Assembly: GCA_040954595.2 (NCBI GenBank)
Contig: CM082580.2
Coordinates: forward strand, 982,783 to 1,046,782
Origin: Balanoglossus misakiensis
Lineage: Eukaryota > Animalia > Hemichordata
DNA: 64,000 bases
Direction of reading: 5' to 3'
Shown here: positions 48,894-59,900 of the stretch, one piece after another
How positions within the stretch are numbered: the stretch's first letter is position 1
Layout: each line of letters begins with the position of its first letter
Program-made: the position numbers and the translations under genes
Notes under the pieces: generated by a model
The model's database searches: none
Told to the model about the DNA's origin: nothing
Seen by the model: only the letters and a program-made list of their open reading frames with translations

Positions 48894-49014
48894 CTAATAG
48901 ATTTTTTGCCAAGGGCCAGAAGCTGGTTAAAAAAAACAGACATGTTGTAGAGTCACCAAGGAGGCTTTCCCCATCTTCTTCTGTGACAACTCTCTGCAGA
49001 CCCGGTGATGGTGT

Positions 49015-49051
<37 letters not shown>

Positions 49052-50221
49052 CCACCGTCACTTTCAATATCGTCGTCACCAATGGCAGGAACCACCTGCA
49101 CGCCATTAGTTCTGAGAAATGGACAAAAAATCCTAACAATGCTCATGACTTGTCCATCAGAGTTTGTCAGTCAGCTGTTAGTACAAATGTTGTAAGTTGA
49201 TGTTTCATTCATAAAAGAAAATTTATCATATATATGAATTTTAGCGTCCAACACTTAGGCTTTTTTTAACCATGAGGATATTTTGCTTTCCATTTGTTGT
49301 GTACCCATCCAATAAGGAACTTTGATGATAGTGATAAATGCGCACTTACATTATAGAAATATCAAAGCTGGGCTCATAGTCATAATCATCATCGTCACAT
49401 AGGTTCATGTCTTCCTCTTTGTCTTCCTCAGAAATATCAATGCTCAACCTGGTAGTAATAAAACCAAGGAATTAATCTGAATAGTGGGACAATGCTGCTC
49501 ACTAAAAATACATATAGTCACTCATAAGCACAAAAAAGAAAGAAAACATTTCCCATGAATTTAAGTACAAGCAAATGTTCTGACACACGTGATGCATGTC
49601 ATGAAACTGATTTTCCCAACAAATTTAAATTTAGTGTAACAGGAGAAAAGAAGCAATCGAAAAGGCTTGCTCAAGCAAGGGAAACATGCATGCCGTATAT
49701 GACAATAGAATAAGGAAAACTTACTCAAATGGATTGATGAAAGACTCAGACAAATTTCTTGGAAATCTTACACGGCCGCTGGAGAAAAAAATGACAAAAT
49801 AGGCACACATGAGACGGCAATATGTACTGAACTAATTTACAGCTGTGAACTAAATATAACACACATGAAAATTGAACTCTGAAACAAAGTGACAGGGGCA
49901 CACAGGGACAGCAGCATCACTGCTTATTTTTACAGGTTCCTCTCTATCTTGGTTTCACACAAGTAAATTTAGGGTGCTTGGTAAACATTTGCCATTTTGC
50001 TTTCTAAGAAATATTTTCATGTTGATAGCTACACAGAATAACTTATTCACACAAGCATAAGCAAGGGAGTTAGAAATTAGTACATTTACATGTATGTAAA
50101 GCAGTCGCTCCTGCTTTTGTCCTAAAGCAGGAGATTAATGTTTATCACAAAAGGTACAAAAGAGGGGGGAAAGCCACATTTCACTATAAAAGTTTACCTA
50201 ACTACAGTTTATCTTCAGATT

Positions 50222-50642
50222 AATAGAATCTCACACTCCCAAGGACCTGGGATCACATTTCTCACAAGAGTTGGGGATTTTCTGTCCCACACGAGCCGCA
50301 GGCTCGTGTGGGACAGAATATCCCCGACGAGTGTGAGAAATATGATCCCAGGTCCTTGGTGTGTGAGATTCTTTTTCTCACACGGTCACAAATTAGCCAA
50401 GTTCGTTAAAAACATTGAATAAATGACTCTGGAATTGTTGTCTGGGGGCACGTTGTAGTCTCTGTGCCTGTAATACACATCGCGCCATTGGATAACATTT
50501 AGTGCGCGTAGCGACAGAACACTTTGTTAACCAATCAGCACTCACGTCATATACAGCTTTCTATTCAGTGAGATTGTGAGAACAATTTGTTCCCACACTC
50601 TGTTCTCACACTCCCAGCGTACGGGGAGTGTAAGAAAAGATA
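50222..50642. mobile_element. Non-coding element with ~150-bp terminal palindrome and asymmetric inverted repeat
   Basis: Palindrome 50225-50372 centred on GAGCC-GCA-GGCTC. TTTTCTCACAC (50373-50383) recurs inverted as GTGTAAGAAAA (50628-50638). Confidence 0.6.
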
Positions 50643-53600
50643 GTGTCATACCTTTCACTTTGTACTGGCTGTGATGGGCCTTCTGTAGATTCCATAGGTT
50701 TCTCTTGTGATGATTCTCCTATCTCCTGAACATCTATCTCTGCAATTCCAGAGATGGAAGAAACCCTGTACAAAGAAAAAAAAGACTAAAATTTGATACA
50801 TGACAAACTAGGTCTGCACAAACGTTGTAGGTTCCAGTTCCCCCTAATCCCCCAACCAGTAAGCAGTGAAAAACCTATGTTTGCTGGATTAAAACCATAG
50901 ACGTGAATGTCTTGGTCAACACACTGAATAAATTGTATAGGATGATTTTGGTTGTTTATTGGAGGGCAAATGTCAGGTATACTTCGCCATTGTTATGTTG
51001 ATTATTGTCACCTGAGAGTTTGAGCAGAGGCTTTTCCTCATACTACAGATTGTGGCTAGAAGCATTGAAATTATCATGTAATGTAAAAAAACAGTGCTTA
51101 AACACCTACCTGACTGATGATATTTCTGATGCAACTAATTCTTCTAAATTTTTTTCGATATCACAAAGATGGCCATTTCCTGGCGTTGATGTCATAGGAA
51201 AAGTTTGGGTGGCTTGTCCTTGATCATCACGTTGCCTATAAATTTTAAGAAACAAATATATACTTTTAGGTATTCCCATCTATCACACAGATAACTATGT
51301 GGAATGCAACATTTCATTGTTTCATTTCTATAAATTATATTACGGACACAATTACTTTTCATGAGCCATAAAAACATGTCACCTCTTTAAAACAATATAC
51401 ATCATGTATACTGCAAGAGCCCCATCAAATATGAAAATCTATTGTGTACTATACAAAGCTCAAAGTATCATGATCAAAATTTATTTGGTACCTAGTTTCC
51501 ATAGACGGTGCAAATACTTGCAGTGTTTCTTGGCCACTTGGAGATGATGCAGGCCTGGTAAATTCTGCATCTGTTGTTGCTGTAACTTGATGTTCATAAT
51601 ACCTGTCCACACAAATAATAAGACACAATGAACCTTTTTTGCCTTTACAATGGCTTGTTTACGTAGCCAATTTCTGTCTTTAGAAGGGATTACACACAGC
51701 CATAATTTGCCTCAGAGGACAGGTTACAGACACGTAAGGTGAGAATAAGATAACTACGAGAAAATAGCCAAATTTTTCTTCAGTTCATATACAGCTCAAG
51801 AAATGTACACAACTGGCTATAACAAAACGGAAGTTGTAGCAGAACAAAGAACAACCAAATTCCGCTAAAAGCATATTGTCTCGTATGTTCGATAACAGTA
51901 ATACATGTAGATTGTCCGGAGGAAAAAAAAGAAAAAAAAAAAAAATTGCAGTACCGTACAATTTATCTCGCATAGTCATACATTGATACAAACGGTCCAG
52001 CGTACTACATACAACTGCTGGTCGAGGGCGAGGTATGCGCTGGGCAAAATCACTAAGTGAAATACGACTTGAAACAGCACATTTAGAATTACATTGAGAT
52101 GATGCTCGCAGTGATTCTGTGAGACACAGATTCTAAATTCATGTACACAATTCATGCCGTATCTTTGGCTATGGAGTACGTACACAGTGAATGCACGAAT
52201 ATGTACTTACCGGTCGATCAGTACCTTTGCGACCTGGCGGTTCGTTTCCAATACCAAGGAGCGTTTGATTTCATTCCAACGATGAATTTCCGAGAAAATG
52301 TTTATCTGACCTACTTGTTTCAGCAATTGTTTACGTTTTTTTGCCGAAGCAGTGGTTTGTGGGCGGCCACGAGCACGTTTACGTTTACCACTGCTACTGG
52401 GAACAGACGCCAAAGCATCCGCCATGACTGTCGCTACAGCTATAATTATATGTATGACGTTTCATTTTGTGTATATACCCTTGCACATGCGCACATTGGT
52501 AATGATCGGAGCCCGGCCCGCGTCCGCGCTCGAATAAATGGTAAAGAACGATTATTCATTTTGGTGATTTTTTTACTCTCGTGTCTACAAGCGGGATGGA
52601 ACTTGTGTGTGGTCGAACGTTGATTCACTATATATCAACATTTAAAATAACATACACAGTGTCTTGAATGAATCAAAAGTAATGGAAAAAAGGCAAAAAG
52701 AGAGAGACTTTGTCCCTTTAAGTCAAAGGCTGATATTTCTCACTGTGTGTGACCAGGGTATCATTTTAAACACAGACTGGACTTTGACTACTGTGTCCAA
52801 TGGAAAAAATACATCAGCATCTATGTCTGCAAAAAGGTGTCAAAACTGACATATCTTATCATGTATGTCATCAAACTCAAAGGATAATATCTTCATTTCA
52901 TGTGACCTGCCTGGTTAAAGTTTACCGCCAACATTTCACCATGCTTTACCCACCCATGGCACAGTGTGTCAAATCCAATATTTGTTCGATGAATGAACCA
53001 TGAAAGTTTCCGAATTGGTACTACCCGAAAACTGCATGGCAAGCTAAATTTGGAATTTGGATGGGGTGGGGAGGTAAAGCTAACCTAACGTACAGTCGTT
53101 TAGATTTAACATTATGCCTGTGAGTTACATGTTAATATTTTCTGCATGTCTGTCGCGTACAATGCGTCAGTGCGGAAAAATGATCACAGGTACTATTCAG
53201 AAGAATTCCGCTGAATCATGGTGACGATGTGCATGGAAAAATCCTGATTATGATCTAACTGATAAACAATAGCATGATATTAATAAAATATACACATTAA
53301 CCAATGAATGAACCATCGTGAAGATTGTGCCCCAACACTTATTTAAGCTTTTATCATTATTATACCTTTGTCATTACTAAATATATCAACAGCCCTGTAC
53401 ACCAAAGCTATCACCACATTTGTTAACCTTTATTACACCATTCATATGAAACCCTTCACCATCATCAACCTCTATTATATTCATTGTTTTGGCCCATTAT
53501 AATCTGTGTACCCTCAATTTTACCACAAACCATCACCACATTAGTTAACTGTTTATTAAACACTTCCACATGTGTTGCCCATTATTATACCATTGAAATT

Positions 53601-54476
53601 TATAAATCGATCATCATACCTATCATACAAGCAATTGCTGATTGCTGTTAACCCTTGTGTACCACAAGCCATTATCATGAAATAGGCAACATGAATTTCA
53701 CATAACACAGTTTGTCAGCTCTGAGAATATTGTTCTCAGGACCATGTCCCACGCTTAATAAAAGTGTTGTGTATGTGGTACAGTTTAGATTCCTTGTCAG
53801 ATTTCCCATAACACAGTTCGTGAGCCCCGAAAAGTACCATAACACAATTCTCATGAACATTTCCCATGATCAATAAAAGTGTTGTGTGTAGCATAGTCAT
53901 TTTTCCGTTTGCTGTGACATTTGTCTCCGTGTGAGAGTTTAAGTAAATGTGGAAACACGCAAATTAGGCAACATCAATATCCCGTACAGAATTCAGTGTG
54001 TTTTGTTCGCATTTTTGGTTGCCATTTTGAAAATGAACAAAGGACTTTCCATTGACCAACACCCGTATGAATACGTCCAAATTACCCAACTTTAATATTC
54101 CTTAAATAATTGGTCAGCTGTGCAAATATTTTTCACCTGACCACTTCCTTTGCTAAGCAAGAGTGTTTTTTATGTAATAATATTAATATAATATTTATAA
54201 CGTATGTAGCACATTAAATCTCAATGTGCTTTAAAGTTGTCCCATGGTCATTTGATTTAGGTCGTTGGACATAAATATTCCATTCAACTCCCTGGGGAGC
54301 AAACAACATCTCACCATCTTTAGAAATGTCAAATTACAGTGCTTTTGGCCACGTATTAACCTGGGGATTTACAGTTAACTTTAAATACACATGCATATGC
54401 ATTTAATCCCCATGTGACTATAAAACAGTTTGTAAATGTGAATATGTCCACATTACACAACTTGAATTTTACTTAA

Positions 54477-54807
54477 AGGGACAAAGTGTCTCTCTCGCTG
54501 CCCTTTTTACCATTAATTATGTTTGATACAAGACATCGTTTATGTTGGCTGTATAGTGAATCAATGTTCGACCAAACACAACTTCCACCCCACTTGTACA
54601 CACAAGAATGAAAAAACTCGCCAAAATGAATAATCGGTGTTTACCATTTATTCATTTTTGCGAGATTTTTACTCTCAGATTCTACAAACGGGATGAAAGT
54701 TGTTGGTTGAATGTTGATTCACTATATAGCCACATGTAGAATAACATAAATGGGTTCATGTATCAAACTTAATTGAACAATGGTGGCGAAAGAGAGACTT
54801 TGCCCCT
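54477..54807. mobile_element. Kolobok MITE (331 bp) with both TTAA TSD copies
   Basis: TTAA|AGGGACAAAGTGTCTCTCTCGC...GAGAGACTTTGCCCCT|TTAA. Confidence 0.88.
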
Positions 54808-54884
54808 TTAAACAATTGGTCAGCTCTGCGAATATAGTTCACCTGACCACTTCCTTTGCTAAGTAAGAGTGTTGTTTATGTAAT

Positions 54885-55221
54885 GATATCAATATAATAT
54901 TTATTACTTATATAGCACATTACACAATAAATCACAATGTGCTGCTTCAAAGTGTTTCCCATGGTAATTTGACCTAGGTCGGTGGACCTAAAATATTCCA
55001 TCCCACTCCATGGGGAGCAAACAACAGCTCACATGTGCAGCTTTTATATCAGCACAGCAGACCTAAACATACTCATTACAATATCGGATCCACCAAATTA
55101 CCTTTTCTTATGGGCGGGGAGAGGCAAGGAGATGTAAACACCACAACACCACAACCATGCCAGGGATCAAACCCTTGATTCTTTGATTATGGGTCTGATG
55201 CTCTAACGACTGGACTATGAC
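54885..55221 (-). mobile_element. tRNA-derived SINE, paralog of 30705-31057
   Basis: Same A/B boxes and tail, with a small internal deletion. Confidence 0.7.
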
Positions 55222-56182
55222 TTTATGTGGCACAATGACCTTTCCATTTAGTGCCTTGTTCAGCTCTCAGTCAGGGTTTAAGCAAATATGGAAACATGCA
55301 TATTAGGCTCTTTGAATTTCCAAAAATTCAGTGTGTCAGCTCCCATTTCCCAAGACCAGTTCCCGTGCTAAATAAAAGTGCTGTGTGTGGCATAATCATT
55401 TTTCCGTCTGCTGTGACATTTGTCTCCCTGTGAGAGTTTAAGTAAATGTGGAGACACGCAAATTAGGCAATCCCATATATCCCATACATAATTCAGTGTG
55501 TTTTGTTCACATTTTTGGTTTTTATTTTGAAAATGAACAAAGGAGTTTCCTATCATTGAGCAACTCACTCCATTAACAGTTGCTCGATATGCAGGCTAAC
55601 TTGCTAGATCACTAAAGACTTAAAGCATGTTGAGGTTGGTGCCCCAAACCCTCTTGAAGACAACTGGTTGCTAACGATTGCCAATTAGGCAATTTGGATA
55701 TTCTACACATAACACAGTTTGTCAACTTTGAGAATACTGTTCTCAATACTATTTCCCATGCTTAATAGAAGTGTTGAGTAACAGTATGTGGTAGAATGGC
55801 ATTCCTATACGTTGCCTTCTTTTGCTCATTATCACGGTTTCAGTAAATTTAGAGACACGCAAGTTTAGCAGCTTGAATTTCTCATAACACAGTTTTGAGC
55901 TCCGAGAACACAGTTCTCATGAACATTTCCCATGCTCCATAAAAGTGTTGTGTATGTCTTACAATGATCTTTCCATACGCTGCCTTGTATAGCTGCTGTT
56001 AATAATTCAACTTAATGTGGAGACGTATTAGGCAACATCAACGTCCCATACATAACACAGTTTGTAGGTATGAATACATCCAAAATACCCAACTTTAATT
56101 TTCCTTAAAGAATTGGTCAGCTCTGCAAATATATTTCACCTGACCACTTCCTTAGCTAAGTAAGAGTGTTGTTTATGTAATA

Positions 56183-56819
56183 TTATCATACATGCAACGC
56201 CTGTATTTAACACTTTCTATTGTTCTCGCCCCGAAGATATTTTACGGTATTTCACAATGTGAAAATATCGCGTCCACGTCTCGGCGTGACAGTTCACTGC
56301 GCGCGCGAGCGACACACGGGGCATAGTGGAGAGGGGTGTTGTAAAATTCGGTTATTAGAAGCTGTAATAAAGTTTTCAAAGCTGGCGGTTTTGTCATGTT
56401 GAATGCATCATTTTTAGTTCTTCGAAATTCTCAATGCAAAATAATTGTTAACATGATATTTTGAAAGAGAACGTAGACAATTTTATTTAGAATGTGGATG
56501 TGCCCATCGTAATGAAAGCTGCCAACCCCCTTAAAATGATACTACGGCCCACACGTCATACGTCACAACATGGCTACTGCCGTGATCCCAGCGCCCGGTT
56601 CAAATTTGAAATTATTTTTCTCGGCGCATTTCTGCAAATCGTACTGTTTTATAGGTAGGCATGTATGATAAAGAGGTTATTACACGAATTTTGGTCGATA
56701 ACGCGACGCATTCTCGTGATGTCTGTATTTTGACTCGTTGCGAAGCGCAACTCATCAAAATACGGACATCACTCGAATACGACGCGTTATCGACCAAAAT
56801 TCGTGTAATAACCCCTAAA
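56183..56819. mobile_element. Non-coding insertion with 13-bp asymmetric IR and ~145-bp terminal palindrome
   Basis: Absent from paralogs (e.g. 34141-34170). TTATCATACATGC (56183-56195) recurs inverted at 56659-56671. Palindrome 56672-56817 with central GCGAAGC. Confidence 0.75.
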
Positions 56820-56949
56820 TATTAATATAATATTTATAACTTATGTAGCACATTAAATCTCAACATGCTTTAAAGTTGTCCCATGGTAATTTGACCTAGG
56901 TCGTTGGACCTTACTATTCCATTCAACTCCCTGGGGAGCAAACAACATC

Positions 56950-59900
56950 TCACCATCATTAGAAATGTCAAATTACAGTGCTTTTGGCCACGTATTAACC
57001 TGGGGATTTACAATCAACTTTAAATCCACATATGCACCATATTCCAATGTCAATGTGAAGGGCTTGAAATACCATCTACCCTGATGCATCATCAAGTTTG
57101 TTTCGACAACTTTAAATCCCCTTCAGCAAGCATTTTATACCCATGTCAAAGTGCAGAGCTTGCATCACCATCTATCCTGATGCATCATCAAGCTGCTTCG
57201 CCATTTGCCCTGATGCAAAGAATCAGATATAGTGTCACCATTGCATTAGCAATGTCAAATTACAGTGCTTTTGGCCAGGTATTAACCTGGGGATTTACAA
57301 TCAACTTTAAATCCCCATATGCACTATATTCCAATGTCAATGTGAAGGGCTTGAAATACCATCTACCCTGATGCATCATCAAGTTTGTTTCGACAACTTT
57401 AAATCCCCCTCAGCAAGCATTTTATACCCATGTCAAAGTGCAGAGCTTGCATCACCATCTATCCTGATGCATCATCAAGCTGCTTCGCCATTTGCCCTGA
57501 TGCAAAGAATCAGATATAGTGTCACCATTGCATTAGCAATGTCAAATTACACTGCTTTTGGCCATGTATTAACATCGGGATTTATAATCAACTTGAAATC
57601 CCCATATGCTTTTTATACCCATGTCAAAGCGAAGTGTTTGCATCACTATCTACAGTAATGCATCGTCAAGCATGCTTCGCCATTTGCCGTAATGCAAAGA
57701 ATCAGATTCAATGTCACCATTGCATTCGCAATGTCAAATTACTGTGCTTTTGGCCACATATTAACCTGGCGATTTACAGTCAACTTTAAACATCAGTGCA
57801 TATGCATTAAATACACATGTCAAAGTGCAGTGTCTCCATCACCATTGATCCTGATGCATCATCAAGCATGCTTCGTTATATGCCCTGGTGCAAAGAATCA
57901 GATTTAGTATCACAGTAGCATTAGCCATGTCAAATTACAGTGCTTTTGGCTATGTATTAACCTAGGGATTTACACTCAACTTTAAATCCCCATATGCATT
58001 ATATGCCAATGTCAATGTGAAGGGCTTGAAATACCATCTACCCTGATGCATCATCAAGTTTGTTTCGCCATTAACCCTGATGCAAATAATCAGTGTCACC
58101 ATAGCATTAGCAATGTCAATTTACTGAGCGTTTGGCCATGTATTAACTTGGGGGTTTACAATCAACTTTAAATCCCCATATGCATTATATTGCAATGTTA
58201 ACTTGAACGGCTTGAAACACCATCTATACTGATGCATCATCAAGCTTTCTTTACAATTTACCCTGATGCAAAGAATCAGATTTAGTGTCGCCATAGCATT
58301 AGCAATGGCAAATAAAAGTGTTTTCGGCCACATATTAACCCAGGGATTTATAATCAACTTGAAATCCCCATATGAATTTTATACCTATGTCAAAGCGAAG
58401 TGCTTGCATCAATATCTACCGTGATGCATCATCAAGCTTGCTTCGCCATTTGCCCTAATGCAAAGAATCAGATTCAATGTCACTGTAGCATTAGCAATGT
58501 CAAATTACAGTTCGTTTGGCCGTTTACTAACCTGGGGATTTACAATCAACTTTAAATCCCCATATGCATTATATTCTAATGTCAATGTGAAGGGCTTGAA
58601 ACACCATCTATCCTGATGCATCATCAAGCTTGCTTCATCATTTTCCCTGATGCAAAGAATCAGATTAAGTATCACGGTAGCATTAGCAATGTCAAATTAC
58701 AGTGCCTATGGCCACGTATTAACCTCGGGATGTACGGACAACTTTAAATACCCTTGCATATACATTTAATACCTATGTCAAAATGCAGAGCTTGCATCAC
58801 CATCTACTCTGATGCACCATTAGGCTTGCTACGCCATTTCCCCTAATGCAAAGAATCACATTCAATGTCACCATTACTTTTGGCCATGTATTAACCTGGG
58901 GATTTATAATCAACTTTAAATCCCCGTATGCGTTATATTCCAATGTCAATGTGAAGGGCTTGAAACCTGGGGATTTACAGTCAACTTTTAATCCCCCTGT
59001 ATACATTTTAAACCCCGGTGTCAAAGTTTAGTGATTGCATCATCATTGACCCTGGTGCATCATCAAGCATTCTTCAGAATTTGCCCTGATGCAAAGAATC
59101 AGATTCAATATCACCCTTGCATTAGCAATTTTAAATTACAGTGCTTTTGGACATGTATTAACCTGGGGATTTACAGTCAACATTAAATACCCATGCATAG
59201 GCATTAAATACCTATGTCACAATGCATAGCTTGCATCACCATCTACTCTGATGCACCATTATGCTCGCTACGCCATTTCCCCTAATGCAAAGAATGACAT
59301 TCAATGTCACCATTGCATTTGCAATTGTAAATTACAGTGCTTTTGACCATGTATTAACCTAGGGATTTTCAATCAACTTTAAATCCCCATATGCGTTATA
59401 TTCCATTGTCAATGTGAAGGGCTTGAAACACCATCTGTCCTGATGCATCATCAAGCTTGCTTCACAATTTACCCCGATGGAAAGAATCAGATTTAATGTC
59501 ACGGTAGCATTAGCAATGTCAAACTACAGTGCTTATGGCCACGTATCAACCTGGGGATTTACAATCAACTTTAAATCCCCATATGCGTTATATTCCAATG
59601 TCAATGTGAAGGGCTTGAAATACCATCTACCCTGATGCATCATCAAGTTTGTTTTGACAACTTTAAATCCCCCTCAGCATGCATTTAATCCCCATGTCAA
59701 AGTGCAGAGCTTGCATCACCATCTATCCTGATGCATCATCAAGCTGCTTCGCCATTTGCCCTGATGCAAAGAATCAGATATAGTGTCACCATTGCATAAG
59801 CAATGTCAAATTACAGTGCTTTTGGACACGTATTAACACAGGGATTTATAATCTATTTGAAATCCCTATATGCTTTTTATACCCATGTCTAAGCGAAGTG

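Larger units (their letters stand above)
35185..52425 (-). pseudogene. Kolobok DDE transposase, 11 GT-AG exons, C-terminus missing
   Basis: Exons ~52211-52425, 51492-51602, 51110-51235, 50652-50765, 49725-49778, 49350-49448, 47308-49111 (split by piggyBac), 46741-47023, 46216-46452, 45169-45245, 35185-35289. Motifs CSAGH..WCSQP, GDGRMDSPGFCAQYCTY, STNMEK, VTDAH, DIWHAAK, WVTHIVNHFW. Confidence 0.85.
34923..52717 (-). mobile_element. Kolobok DNA transposon, 3'-truncated, with nested insertions
   Basis: 5' terminus GAGACTTTGTCCCT|TTAA (TTAA 52718-52721). Spliced transposase inside. Other TIR not found; left boundary approximate. Confidence 0.75.
52718..55221 (+). repeat. Segmental duplication, copy 2 (paralogs 32522-34380 and 29760-31057)
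   Basis: Collinear matches visible by direct comparison. Confidence 0.88.

Noticed and set aside
48920-48930. GG|TTAA as the piggyBac terminus
   Set aside because: This is Kolobok coding sequence (FFNQLLALGKK). The real TIR and TSD are at 48881-48897.
52141-52623. 160-aa plus-strand ORF
   Set aside because: Antisense to Kolobok exon 1 and runs into the TIR; no protein-like signal.
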